A stretch of DNA of 64,000 nucleotides from Phoronis australis (lineage: Eukaryota; Animalia; Phoronida). The stretch spans positions 349,337-413,336 of the forward strand of contig NMRA01000151.1 of NCBI GenBank assembly GCA_002633005.1, given 5' to 3'. Position 1 is the first letter of the stretch, and each line of letters opens with the position of its first letter. Made by a program: the position numbers and the translations under genes. Below are positions 12,290-25,200 of this stretch, one piece after another. The notes beneath the pieces were generated by a model. That model did no database searches. It saw only the letters and a list, made by a program, of their open reading frames with translations, and was not told where the DNA came from.

Positions 12290-15200
12290 AAACAAGAACA
12301 CCTTTGGCCAGTGACAGATCAGTGACTCGAAGCATTTCCTCGTATATGGCTAGGAGACGAGCCCAAAGACTACAGTTATATCAAACCGTCAACTATTAGA
12401 GATAATAAACGACAAGTTCGGAAAACTGTCCAACGACTTTGAGTCTCTCAGACGCTAGTATGCCACATCAAGGGAAGAGAACTCTATCTTACGTGATCAG
12501 GTCAAATCACTGGAAGAAAAGTTAGATGATTTAGATAACCGATCCAGGCGAGACAACCTTATATACCATGGCATTGTTGAAAATGGTAATGAAACCCGGG
12601 AGGAATCGGAAAATCAACTTGAAGAGTTTCTCAAGGAGCAGCTGAACATTGAAGCTATAAACATCGATCGAGCTCACATATTGGGCTGTAGAATCCGGGG
12701 GAAATTGCAGCCCATCATAGCAAAACTGAATTCGAAAGATAAGCAAAAAATAATGAGAAAACGAAGAGAAGTGAGGGACCCCGACAAATTCATAACAGAA
12801 GACTTCTCAATCCGAGTTAAGAAGGCATGGAAAAAGCTGTACGAATTCTCTCAATAACACAGTATGATGGCAGAGTGTTTGTGTACGACGAAGAGAACGA
12901 TATAGTGAAAATTAAACCGCACACGACAAATGCTGACCCACACAACCCATAAACCAGAAAGAAGCTGCTGTTCAACATGAAGAACAGGTTTTCCACATGG
13001 CCAGTCCATCTCAAGCAGAGGCGGTCCAGCATTAGAGGTTAGGCCAAGGCCCGCATGACAAGTCGTCACGGAAATTTATTTGTTGGAATATCGAAGGTCT
13101 AAAGCATAAAGTACAGAGAAATGATCTTGTAAATATGATATGTACAAATAATATTATGGCTTTTGTTGAAACATGGGGAATGAATGAAGACGACTTTACA
13201 CTGGAAGATTACCAGTGTTTCGGGTCGGTGAGAAATAAACACCCTCGAGGATTTCAGAATTCTGGTGGTGTAGTATTATTTGTAAGGATGTATTGGGGGC
13301 TTATAGACTCCGTTCAAGTTGGTTTGACATTTTATGGGTAAAATTGACCTACCCAATTATGTGTATCCTGTTTTAGTTGCAGTTGTGTATCAGTCTCCAA
13401 AATGTTCAAGTAAAAGTTTGGAAACAACGAAAATACTTGAGCTGGAGGTGCACGGTTATTCTGCGGAAATGGGGGGGGGGGCTTGCAACCTTTTAATAAT
13501 GGGCGATTTCAATGCTCGTACGTGTAACAGGCCAGACTTTATTGAAGATGATAGTATTAAGTATATGGATGAATTCAGTCCTATTTTTGATAGTGTTGGT
13601 TATGTAGAACATAGCCTGTGTTGTAGGACCTCACAAAATTATGGTGAGGCAAATAATTTTGGTGCAGAATTATTAGAGTTTTGTCAAAGAAATGAGATAA
13701 GAATTCTGAATGGAAGAGTAGGGAAAGATGCAGACATTGGTAATGTAATGTGTGTGACTTATAATGGATTTAGTAATGTTGACTATGTCATGATGAGCAA
13801 TGATTTATTGTACTGTGTGAACGGTTTTGAAATCGGTGAAATATGTGAATCGACCGCCCACTCCCCACTAATTTTTAGTATGTGTAAGACGCAGCAAAAC
13901 AACTGGGCTCGAGGTGAACAGATTGAAAATGTTTATAAATGGAATGAGGGTTTGAGCCTGCAGCAGAAAACTGGTCGAGTCCGAATGTGGATCACTTGCT
14001 CGCTGACGTACAGAGTCATTTACCCTCGACCATAGATTGTGTGCAGCCGACATGTTGAAACCAAAAGTAAATATCTTTTATAACCCAGTTAGTTTTCCCA
14101 AATGTTTTGACGCTGGTTGTAGTGAAATGAGAACTGTCGTGAGGCAAAAATTAAGTAATTATAGATTCAGTATTGGAACACTGAGAGAAAGCAATAGCTG
14201 AACTATTTATGTACAAGCTAGAACAGATTATGGAAAGTTGAAAAAGCGAAACGATTACAGTGTAACAGAAAACATTACAAAAATTTGAAATCAGCTGTGG
14301 AAAGTAGACAGCAAAAAATCTGGCGCACATTTAATATTAAGAAGAAAGGTATAACGACGAATATTAAACCATAGGAATGGATAAATTATTTCAGCTCTCT
14401 GTTTGAAGGCCGTTATTTTGTTACTTATCCAGTGTTCACTGAATTTAATGCGTTTATTGAGAAATTAGCAAAAAATGACAATTCAAGTAATGCAATTGTT
14501 GATATGGAGCTGGACGTTGAGATCACAAAAGACGAGATTATACAAACCATCGGTGCCTACCCTCTGACGTCACCACAGAAACAGAAACAGAAACAGTATG
14601 AAAGACGGAACTTCGCCAGGATGTGATAAAATTAGCATTGAGTTCTACAAGTATGCTGATAAAAATTTGGTAGATTCGCTGTTCCATCTATACAACTGCT
14701 TTTTAAAATGGGGTGTTTCGAAAAGAATGGACAAAGTCCACTATAGTACCGATATTTAAGAGCGGTGCCAAAATTCCTGAAAATTTCAGAGGAATTTCCC
14801 TCATACAAGTCACAGTCAAAATATTCGAAAAAATATTGCGCAAGCGACTTCAAAAATGGTGGGAAAGAGAAAACGTAATTTATATGTCTCAAGCTGCGTT
14901 AAGGAAAGGGCACTGAACCGTGAATCATGTTTGCTTTATAAACGTTTATAATTAAATATTTGTCATGAGATAAACGTGAATTTTATTGCGCTGTCGTGGA
15001 TTTTAAAGCCGCACTTGACAGTATGTGTGAAGCGCATTATATTTTAAATTAAAGAACAATCGCAAAGAAGTTTAGATGGATAAGATAACCAAAGCAATGT
15101 ACGCTGAAGTTAAAGCGTCCGTGAGATTGAATAATGGGAGCTATACAGATGCTTTTAATGTCAGAATGGTCTAAAACAAGGCTCTCAGCTATCACCGTTT

Positions 15201-16585
15201 TTGTTTATTTTATTTATAAGTGATTTTGAGCAAGAATTAGAATCCGGTGGCGGTGGAAAATTTCCATAGGATCAGCTGAATTATTGCATCTGCTGTTTGC
15301 TGATGATTTAGTTTTATTTTCCTTTAGTGTTAAAGGACTGCATAAAAATTGAATATTTTATATGAGTAGTGTCAGAAATGGAAATTTATTGTTAACATGT
15401 CGAGGACTAAGATAATTGTCTTCAGAAAGGGTGGAGTGTTAAGATCCTATGAAAAACGGACGCATGATGGGGATACTGTTAATATTGTAAATGCATATAA
15501 ATATTTAGGAGTAATGTTTACTACGAAAGGTTCGTGGTCTTGCGCAAAGGAACTCTATCATTACAGGCTGCTAAGGCAGTGAATTTAATGAGAAAAAATG
15601 TCAATGGTCTTAATGCACTCCCTATTAAAAAGTTAGTTTGAAATTATTCGATTGTAAGATACTGTCGATACTTCAGTATTTCTGTGAGATCTGGGGTTTT
15701 AGTGAGGGAGAATGTATTGAAATAGTCCACTTAAGTCTTGAAATAGTCGACACAAAATTTTTTAGCTCGGGAAATTCATCGGCTGTTAGATGTGAGATGG
15801 GTCGTGTCGCCTTGATTGCATACCGACTTCCTAGAATTATGAAGTATTGGTTAAAACTATTAAAAACCGATGCGTCAAAAATTTTATATCATTGCTATGA
15901 ATGGCAGTACAATATGACGGAAAATGTTGATAAACCGTGCTGGATTAATGATGTTAAGAAATGGCTATTTCAGTTTCAGGGTTTTGGAGAAACATGGTAC
16001 AATCAGGGTGTAGGTTCCGAGACAAGCTTCATATCACTTTTCAAACACAGATGCAAAGATATTGATCACCAAAAATGGCAAGAAATTTTGAGCAATTCGA
16101 TTAAGTCAGAAACTTACAGAGCTTTTAAGTTAAATATATGTTTTGAAAATTATTTAGATGTAATTGACAATGTTGATGTTAGTTCTGATATGGTAAGATT
16201 AAGATGTTCAGCGCATACACTAATGGTTGAAAAGGGCAGACACTTGAAACTCAGCAGACCAGAAAGGTTATGCCTTCTCTGTGTTAGGACATGTGTCCTG
16301 TCAGAATATCATTTTGTATCCGAATGTCCGTTCTACAATGACCTAAGGAAACGGTATTTGCCTGCATGGAGCTACAACAATCCCAATGTTACAAAATTCA
16401 ACAGACTCATGACTATGGAGGAAAACGAACTTAGATGGTCAACATGTAAATATGTTCATTTCGCATTCAAGTGAAGAAGAGCCCGTGTTAATCTTAGTGT
16501 TCGACACTTACCTATATTGTATTTGATGATTTGATTGTAAGAAGGGCCGGAGGCCTAGTTACTGTATTGAATAAAAATATATAAA
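12290..16585 (+). mobile_element. Near full-length decayed non-LTR retrotransposon (ORF1 plus APE-RT-CCHC ORF2; RTE-X-like, clade tentative)
   Basis: ORF1 relic RSRRDNLIYHG...IDRAH...PIIAK (~12540-12730). APE motifs WNIEGL, VETW, GDFNAR, VDY. RT motifs PGCDKI, RGISL, DFK, KQGSQLSP, LFADD, YKYLG. C-terminal RLCLLC...EYHF..ECP.Y. AATAAA at 16570 and an AT-rich tail. Many stops and frameshifts; the 5' boundary is approximate. Confidence 0.9.
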
Positions 16586-17165
16586 GTAAACTCCAAATTG
16601 GTTGTTTTTGAGTTCAACCTCCTTACAACTCAGACTAGCACGATTATATTTTGTTTTTTATCAAACTTCTGCTCAAATGATCCAACAAAATCTATACATG
16701 TCACGAATTTTAGATTTTCAGAAATGTGTTTTTTATCAAGTTTATTTCTATAAAGCTGACTGAAAAGGTTTATAATAGCTTTTATGGTAAGTGGAATATA
16801 GCAAGTTGACTAAACAGGCCTTCACAAAAGTGAACATCTCTGAAAAATCAAACATGTCTGCTTGCAAGTGGAAATAAAATGACACGGTATTACCACCAAA
16901 GTGCATAAGCTAGAGACATACAAAGAATGACAAATGAAGGGGGAAAGTCACGCAAACAAGTGTAACGTGCGGCGCGACCCTGTTTACTGCTCATTCAAAA
17001 CAGGCTTCTCAAATGAAATCATTTTATTTCCACTTGAAAATGAAACGAGTATGTTTCGAAATATCGCGTGTCTTTAAATCATGTCTCTTGGTCAGTTGCT
17101 TCACAAATGTTCTGTTGCGTGTACAAATATATGTGTATATGTAAAAGATATTCAATTCCTTTCAG

Positions 17166-17486
17166 ATGGCCCTTCCAAAGTTCACATCACACAAGACGAC
17201 AATGTTCTACTCGAAAACGATGTGATCGTAGTTGAACACGAATCCACGTACACACTGAAATGCATTACTGACAGTGTCAACAAAGAAGCAGTAATGTCGT
17301 GGATTACTGATGTTGAGCATGAGACAACGCCAGGAAATATAGAAGACAGCAGAGAAAAAATATTTGAGAGTCGTATATCGTTTACACCATCGAAGAATGA
17401 CGACGACCAAACTATTACGTGTTCCGTGCATAATAAAAACAGCACAGCACTAAATGCCTCAGCATCTCTCCGGCTGTCAGTTGCAA
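17166..17486 (+). CDS. Ig-superfamily gene, exon E (CD80/nephrin-like C2-set domain)
   Basis: Acceptor ttcctttcag|AT, donor GCAA|gtatga; 321 nt, phase 1/1. (Y)GP start; YTLKC...MSW...SRISFTPSKNDDDQTITCSV is a typical C2-set signature. Confidence 0.9.
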
Positions 17487-17867
17487 GTATGACGTCTATC
17501 CTTAATTTTGCGCAATGACGACGCTTCATATTTTTATTAAAGCTAGTTACTGATTAATTGGGGCGTGTCCCTGTTGTAAACTCCATGGGTACGTGATCGA
17601 GAATTATTCACAAGATCCTTAATGAAGCAACAGTCCAAAGTATATTGTCATTCATAAGTTTTATTACACGACGATGCAGCTTTGTTTCGTGTGACAACAC
17701 ATGGCCAGATTCCTATAGCTCGTCATTAAAAAATTCATGAGCTGTTTTTAACCGCACAAGTTGACGCCATGGCGACATTCTCAGGAGGCGTCACGAGAGA
17801 TTCGCGTGCACGACTTGTTGCTCTAGCAGTGCAGATGTGAAGATAGTGTGTCTTTCAATTACTTGAC

Positions 17868-18669
17868 CAGTGGCGGATCTAGGATATCACAAGGGGGGGC
17901 CCCAACATTTTGTCCGGCTGTAAACATTTGCGCAAACTGAACCACGATTGTAGATGCGCATAGCACCAAATGGGGGGAGGTCGGGAGGGGGGTTTGCCTC
18001 CCTCCCGCCCAGGAAATTTTTCTGTTTTGACCTCTAAAAATCAAGTATTTTCCTTGATTCCTGAAGTATTAACCAAGAAAAAAAGGCAAAAAAAAAAACA
18101 CGGAGAACGTGTCAAACAGGAAAAACCAAAGAAGTACCAAAGACTCGAACCCACGACTTTGCGTATAGAGCGCGCGTGCGTTGCCACAACACCACCACGA
18201 TTTAGCTACTAATCTCATACTAAGAGACGTACTTGTTTATGGTCCACAGCGTTTGCGCGCGAAACCTACTTCTTTTTGTAATGCTTATTACACGTTTTGT
18301 GCCATCGATTCTTAACAAATTTGTCGTATTTAAAATAGTCTTAAAATGCCCAAAAGACCACATCCGTTATTCGTGTTGGCAATAATGACCGGGGATTGCT
18401 TTGGAAATCGTCTTAACATAAGGTTTGACAAAGAGAGTATTGCGAGTTTCTGAGTGATTCACTAAGGCTTCNNNNNNNNNNNNNNNCCCCCCTCCCCCCA
18501 ACACTAAAACTGCACACATTTAAATCTTTTTTCATCCGTATACTTTTAATTACCGGGGTTAATTAATAAACTCAACATTTATTTCCCTACGCTCTTACTG
18601 TTTTATTTTTTTGCGGCAGCCAAGGGGGGGGGGGCCGGGCCCCCTGGGCCCCCCCTAAATCCGCCTATG
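17868..18669. mobile_element. MITE of the CAGTGGCGGATCTAG family, 5-bp TSD TTGAC, with an internal tRNA-like segment
   Basis: ttgac|CAGTGGCGGATCTAGG...CCTAAATCCGCCTATG|ttgac; same termini as 6242-6445. Confidence 0.7.
18140..18200 (-). other. tRNA-derived Pol III promoter-like segment (SINE head or tRNA pseudogene)
   Basis: Minus strand reads TGGTGTTGTGG (A box)...GTGGGTTCGAGTC (B box, T-arm) at tRNA-like spacing; no complete cloverleaf. Confidence 0.5.
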
Positions 18670-18685
18670 TTGACAGACCCCTTAA

Positions 18686-19148
18686 AGAGGCCTGGAACGC
18701 GATAAACACACTAAATTGAAACATTAGAAGTAGGTCTCTGTCACTGAAACACAATTCAACCTGTTCACCAGGTATTTTTAAGGTTTGGTCGTAAAGATTT
18801 TTAATTTCTTTTCATATCAAAGCATTTTCGTTTAGTTTCAAGTTTCAAAAAAGAACGAACTGACAACTGCTCGCCACTCCGTCGATTTTTCTCCCACAAG
18901 ACAAAGCACGTCTCCTTATTTGGATCGTCTTCACATAGACGTAGCACATTTACCTGATATGGAAAAATGTGTCCTTTGACCCCAAACGACTTCAAGCTAT
19001 TGACTTTGAGATGATGCGCGCATTTATCATCAATGTGAGGAAGATTAGAAACTCGGTGGTAACCACTGTTTTCAATTCGCGCGTATTTCAAAAATCGTGA
19101 ATTTTGTGATTTTTTCTTGAAATTTCCGTTTCCGTGTTCCATGCCTCT
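18686..19148. mobile_element. Non-autonomous Kolobok-type MITE
   Basis: TTAA|AGAGGCCTGGAACGCG...CGTGTTCCATGCCTCT|TTAA; ~16-bp TIR and TTAA TSD. Confidence 0.78.
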
Positions 19149-20581
19149 TTAAACCTTGACTCCGGCATACCAGGAGCGTCGATGTAATCTAGGAAAATAG
19201 TTGAATTTTTCTGACCGTCTTCTTATAGCAACCGTAAAACATACATTACACGGCTTTTCCGTTTCACTCTTTCAAAAATAAATAACATAAAATGTCGTGG
19301 TCATAGCAGCAGCGAGGTTTGCTTTTAATTGAGATCGCAACCCCCCGGTCGACACCAATTTCCTCTCCACCCAGTTTCGAAGTCGTGCAAATCATGCGCT
19401 ATAAACGTCACTGCCTGTCGCGTTTGCTTTCAAAAGGCGTCTATCATCATGGGCGCTTTATCGGAGATCCAAGCATGGATGCTAGCACATCTGTGCAGAA
19501 GCAGAAGTCACACAACGAAAAGTTGCGGTTCGGCCTCATACAAACAAAAATATGTGTGGGCAGAGACTGTTTTAAGAACTCAAAAAAATCTGCGTATTGA
19601 AAATGAAAGCGGGGCGTGTATTGATCGGGACGCAGCTATGCCAAACTCTAAAATCAGCGCATACTTAAACAAAGACATTATATTAGTCGACGTTTCGATT
19701 TATTATCACTAAACCATTCTCAAGAAAATGTTCTTCACAATACGTCAGTCATGAAACACAAGAAAACAGTCTGGACAGGTACACATCAAAATGCATAGAA
19801 CGGAGAGAGACCAGAAATCAAAACTGTTGGATCTGAAATGAATTTTTTTTCGATTCAAGTGCGCTCAAGGTGATTCTACTGTATATGCTCAGTTCATGCT
19901 CATATTTTGGCCAAAAACAAGTGTAATCTAACCAAACTCGTTGTTACCACCAGTAAAAACCGAATGTGGAGAAAACGTTCACGTCTTGTCATGAAGACTG
20001 GTCGTCAGGCCCGCAGACAGCATTCCATGAGGGTGGTTCGAATTTCTAGAACGGTGGACCTTTGACATTTTGAAAACGTCGACACAGTTTTTGGAAAGGT
20101 CCTTGATGCAGCTTAATTAGGGGGAAGAGAAATCTGTATACAAAACGATGACGTTCAGCTCTTAGTTCCTGAGATGAGACGGCATTCGTAACACCAGCAA
20201 CGGGGATGCAGTAATGGTTTCCTGCAAAGAACCTGACTCGGGTGTAATTTTTATGCTTTAACAAGCAAAAATTGGCGATTCTTCGGTTATTAGATGCACT
20301 GAGTGGTGTAACTATTCCGAAAACAATGCCTGGGTACTAAAACACTGTTTGGATTACATGTGCATGCTAAATTGCCAGCATGTCTGACGAATACGAAAAA
20401 TGAGTATGTGCTTTCATATTTAAAAGAATATGAAGTAGGAACATTGCCGAATTGTCAACCACGATGCATTAATCAAATTCATGTCAAGATAGCATCCTTT
20501 CACAGCGCTACTGAAAAGTTTTGAGTCGCTCCACCCCAGCCTTACTCACTGGAACCACACGCACGGCCGGATCAAAATTAA

Positions 20582-22290
20582 AGGAGAATGCCACCCGATT
20601 TAATTAGTCTTTTTTACCGTCTTAATCTGTCTATATCCAAATCGCCTCTTATACGGTCGACCTCACCTTGCCGAGAGGTGTCGCGTTAACCTGTGAGAAA
20701 CGACGCACCACGTCAGTGGTTCGTATGCAGAGTGAATGCCGCTATATTGGGGTGCATTGTTCCCGCTTGTCCGAACTATGAAGATGCGAAGAAAGCGCTT
20801 ACATCGTTTTTCGACTTCCTCGAGAGCCCGAAATGCTTAGGCAGTGAAGAATGAAATATACGCTGTAAAAATAAGTATGAGGCCGTGAAACATCTCCGTG
20901 TCTGTGGCCGGCATTTCGTCTACAGTGATTTCTCTGACAAATTCCGGCTCACCAAAGAACTATCCATACGTTCCGTTGCCTGTGCATGTTTATGGCACCT
21001 CTCTAATATTTCTTGATCAGTGTATTCCGGTTCGAACTGATAGCCTGTGAAACTTAACGATCCGACCAGTGAGGTCTTCGTCGGATGAGCTCTTGACTAA
21101 GTCGGGATTGGCACCGGGCGAGTTGCCATGTAGACGTTTATTATTCTGCGTTCAGTTTCAAAATGAATTATTCTCATCCTAACCAATGCTTATGTAAAAC
21201 TGAAACAAAGTCTGTCTCATTAGATACAATTTGTAATGCCTTTACAATATTCGTGAGTGCAAATGTTGTGAGAAACCAGCAATGAATAAACCACTGCGTT
21301 ACCGGCTTCTTATGCCGGCAATGAAGGTAACTGACCGGGCACCGAGGCCGTGTGAGCGCATGCTAATTCCGAGTGTTTGCTGACAGAAAACTGTTACGAA
21401 ACAATTACTGACTTTTATATGTATATGCTATGGTCACATGTTAGGGGAATCTTTATTTAGAAATACAAATACATTACCCAAATCATTGTTACTGTACAAC
21501 CTTTGCCCTGACGATCTGTGGAAGGGGAACCCGACTTCGGGGTCCCCGACAAGTACTGTAAGTAGATTTTCAGTTTCGTGGCAAATTCACATAAATAATT
21601 GCGTGAACATTATTTCTTTGGCTCACTTTTATAATGTTTTCGCTGGAGGTTTAGTTTCCAACTCAAGCTGGTTTATGTTCGTGTCAGTCCCGGCGGCCGC
21701 GACGGGCCTGATCGGGTTCCGAGCCACCGGCCGGGATATACGAGTCAGTCCGGCCGCGACGGGCCTCAGGCTGGTCGGGTTCCGAGCCACTGGCCGGGAT
21801 AACAAGCGTTTTGTGTGTTAAGAACTCAAAAAAAATCACAATTCTAAACAACACAGATGTAGTTTTTCCTGTCTGTGTTTACGGAAAAATACATCGAATT
21901 TATCTCCGAACAGAACCCAAATTCCTGCTACGGACCTTGGTAAATTGGCCTGCCCCGGCGGCGAGCTTTGTAGGCTACGGTGTGTCCAAATACCAATAAA
22001 TCCGTAACAGCGAAATAAAACAACACGTTTTTATAAGAACTCAGTGTATTTTTAAGGGTTTTACATCGAAGATTGATGATTTATTGAATTCAAGCGATAA
22101 GCTGATACCAGTAACCCGTGTTGTGAACTGCTGAACAGACTGCCTCTGAAACTAATGACGTCATTGGATAATTTCAATACCTCCGTCTGCCGTCAGGTGT
22201 CAGGTAACGCAACCGAACGTGCCGTTATCGAGTAGAGCTACTCGATCTAAATTGATACAAAATAGGTTGTTTTTTGGGTGGCATTCTCTT
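20582..22290 (+). mobile_element. Kolobok-type element with a frameshifted THAP relic
   Basis: TTAA|AGGAGAATGCCACCC...GGGTGGCATTCTCTT|TTAA. ~20737-20935 encodes CIVPACPNY...FRLPREPEML...VCGRHFVYSDF (THAP) across frameshifts. A ~58-bp GC-rich tandem duplication lies at ~21690-21800. Confidence 0.8.
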
Positions 22291-22294
22291 TTAA

Positions 22295-25200
22295 TAGTCT
22301 AGTTGCCGGCCCAATAACCTCCATTGCGAACCCTGCAATGTCGATTACTGTAAAGTATTTTTTTATTAAAAAATAGTATATGTGATCAGGAGAACAAAAT
22401 TAGCTTGGTTACATTTTGTGAAACCTTGAGCTTTTTTGCAATTCAAGATGACGGAATCCTCCATCTTGAATTGCAGCCCATTTTTTTAATTTTCAGATCC
22501 GTGACATAAAGGGTCATGCAATACATCATTTTTACCACTTTGTATGATGCTGAGTAGATTTTTGATAGTAAGTTATTGATACCGGGTCAATCTCAAGGTC
22601 GAATCAGAGGTTAAATGTAAAAAATGACTAACAATCCCAATGGTTAAAATTTTCCTACATTCCATGTTTTATTTTCTACACACAGACTTTTACGTAGTTT
22701 CTCAAAATGCTGATACTGATAGATTACAATGTACCAAAACTATGTTGTATACTGCAACTGACTTTTCTTCCCTTCAAGCTGTCTACCTTTGTAACTTCTG
22801 CCGTCTCTTTCATGAAAAGCGATTTAAGATTTATATCCGAAATTGATCTTACGCTCAATACAGGTATTTTAGAAAAATAGTAAAATCACACTTAAGCAAA
22901 GGTGCAAAATCTTTGAAAATATGCAGATAAATGCTAATAACAGATGGTTTATATATTGCTTGACAACGTGCAGGAGCTCAAAGCCAATGTCAAAATCATA
23001 GACAACTTAGCAATGTGGTGTCTGTCGTCAAAATTCATAACTTGATGATGTCATCACACAAATATACTAAGTGCTTAATTTTGTGTAATAATATACATTG
23101 TATTAATTTTGTATTATATTATCAAATGATTATAAAGTATAGCGAAGCTGAGTTGACGCCATACTTGAGAATTGCGTAAGAAGATGGTGAATGTGTGCTT
23201 AAGGATGCCCTGGTTTTACTAGTTTGGGTAAGTAACCTCGTTTCTGGAGTAGCATTGTCTCTGGCCCAACGAATTCAACATCATGTATGTGGCGCAGGCC
23301 GGAATCAAACGACACTTTGACTTGCCGTTACACTCTACTAGAATTATGGCAGTTCTGAGCTGATCAAGATTCTTTATGACTATGGCATAACAACATCCTA
23401 TGAGGAAGCTTTACGATTTCGAAAATCTGTAGCTAAGTTTGTGTCTGATAACAAGGATGAATACTACAAGAAATCTGGCATAAATGTAAAGAACGGTCCT
23501 ATGTTTAGCTGGGCTGACAGTATCAAATTAAAATACATTGGCGTGAGGTAGCTGACTATTCCCCGACTTGAGAAACAAGAAGCCTCCTCTGTGAGTGTTT
23601 CTCAACAATGTCTACAACTGAAACGTTACACGGGAACTTCAAAAGTGAACCATTCTATGCTTCCAGCGAAATCTCTCTCTCTCTACTGAAGAGTTACAGC
23701 TTCAGTATCAGGCAGTCATGTTCAGTCAGCTGAAAGCTGCTTCTTGGTTGTCATAAGTCTACGTGAATGACAGGCCACGTAAGTGGGCGGGCTTTAATGC
23801 TAAGCAAGGCCGACTGGTGGCAGGCGTGACCCAAAAGCCCAGGAAACTTTACATTTTCGGACCCCATGCTCACCCCGCCACAGTATTGACAATACTTGAA
23901 TATCTTGATTTCACTCTTAACAGTTTTGCAATGCACTTCATTCATCTCACCGACCTTTAATGGTATCAAACTGCAAGCCTAATACAGTCGAGTGACCCTC
24001 TTCGCTGGAGCAACGTCGTACTTCACTCAGCTGTGACGCACGCTCTCACGAGTTTCCTTGGTTGTATTGGAACACTGATGAAAATATCTTGTGTGGAAAT
24101 GCTCATAGGCTCGGCGTGTGCTGGAGTCAACTGCGTAGTAAACGGAGAGGCTTAGACAAATGTTTTACGGGCGAACCGTTTCATCACAGCCGTGTTACTG
24201 CATAATACATACTCAAATGCCACCAAGACGTTTGAAGAATTGAGAACTCGTCTGGAGATAGTTGGAGAACACCCCAGAGGGGGTTTTGGGTGGATTGTCT
24301 TGTTAAGCCAATACTGCTGCCTCTGATGTTTCTGCTTGGAGGGCGGGACGTTGACTTCTTTCTTGAACATGATTGTCTTAAGGTTATGTTGCCATATCTG
24401 TTCACAGCAGGTCACCGTAATTACGCACACTACCTGAGCTGATATATTCAATAAATGCAGCACCTTCCCTACAATGCCAAGGCAGATTTACTGAAAGGTG
24501 CTCACGTCTGTCGACAATCGGATGGCGAGACTGCAGTGGCGGCATTTCAGTTTGGATTTCAAACATATATCAAGCCGGTGGAATGTGCTGGAGGTATGAA
24601 GTGCATCTCAACAAGTGGCTGTGTGGGTGAAAAATTTCAATGTCTGTGCCCACCTTGACATTGCAATGTAAAGTGAAACTGCAGAAGAGCAGAAACTATA
24701 CAGAGAAGTGGACGAAGAAACAGCTAAGCGCAAGAAGAAAGGAGAGGGAAGAAGCAAAATGGACGATGAAGATAGGAGAAAGATTGCAGAGGAACTAACG
24801 AAACACAGACACCCGCTCACTGTGCAGTATCCGTGTGTCTACAACGTCTGCATTGGTCAAGTAGCTACACACGTAGTGAATGTCCAGGATGCCTTGATAA
24901 TCGGGAGTGAGCAGAGTAGTCAGTTCTGCACTTCGCTAAGCAGCGATTTTCGTAAAACAATCAAGAGAAAAGTCAAGACAATAGAGTTGCTGAAGAAGCC
25001 TGTCACTCTCAAGGGGAAGTCCATCTACAACACTGAGACGGCTACCTCAGGTTGGGTGATAAGATCATCCTGGTCACGTCTCTCAGTGTCCCTGTGGCAA
25101 ATCATTCTGCTCCAGATGTGGTGTCGGTTGATCTGGCTAGCTTCTGTATCAGTGTCCGGAACTACAGGCAATTTGGCGGCAAGCTTTTGTATACCAATAG

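Noticed and set aside
17182-17529. Minus-strand ORFs overlapping exons E, F and G (17182-17529, 28928-29185, 57089-57382)
   Set aside because: Antisense shadows of real exons with no independent motifs.
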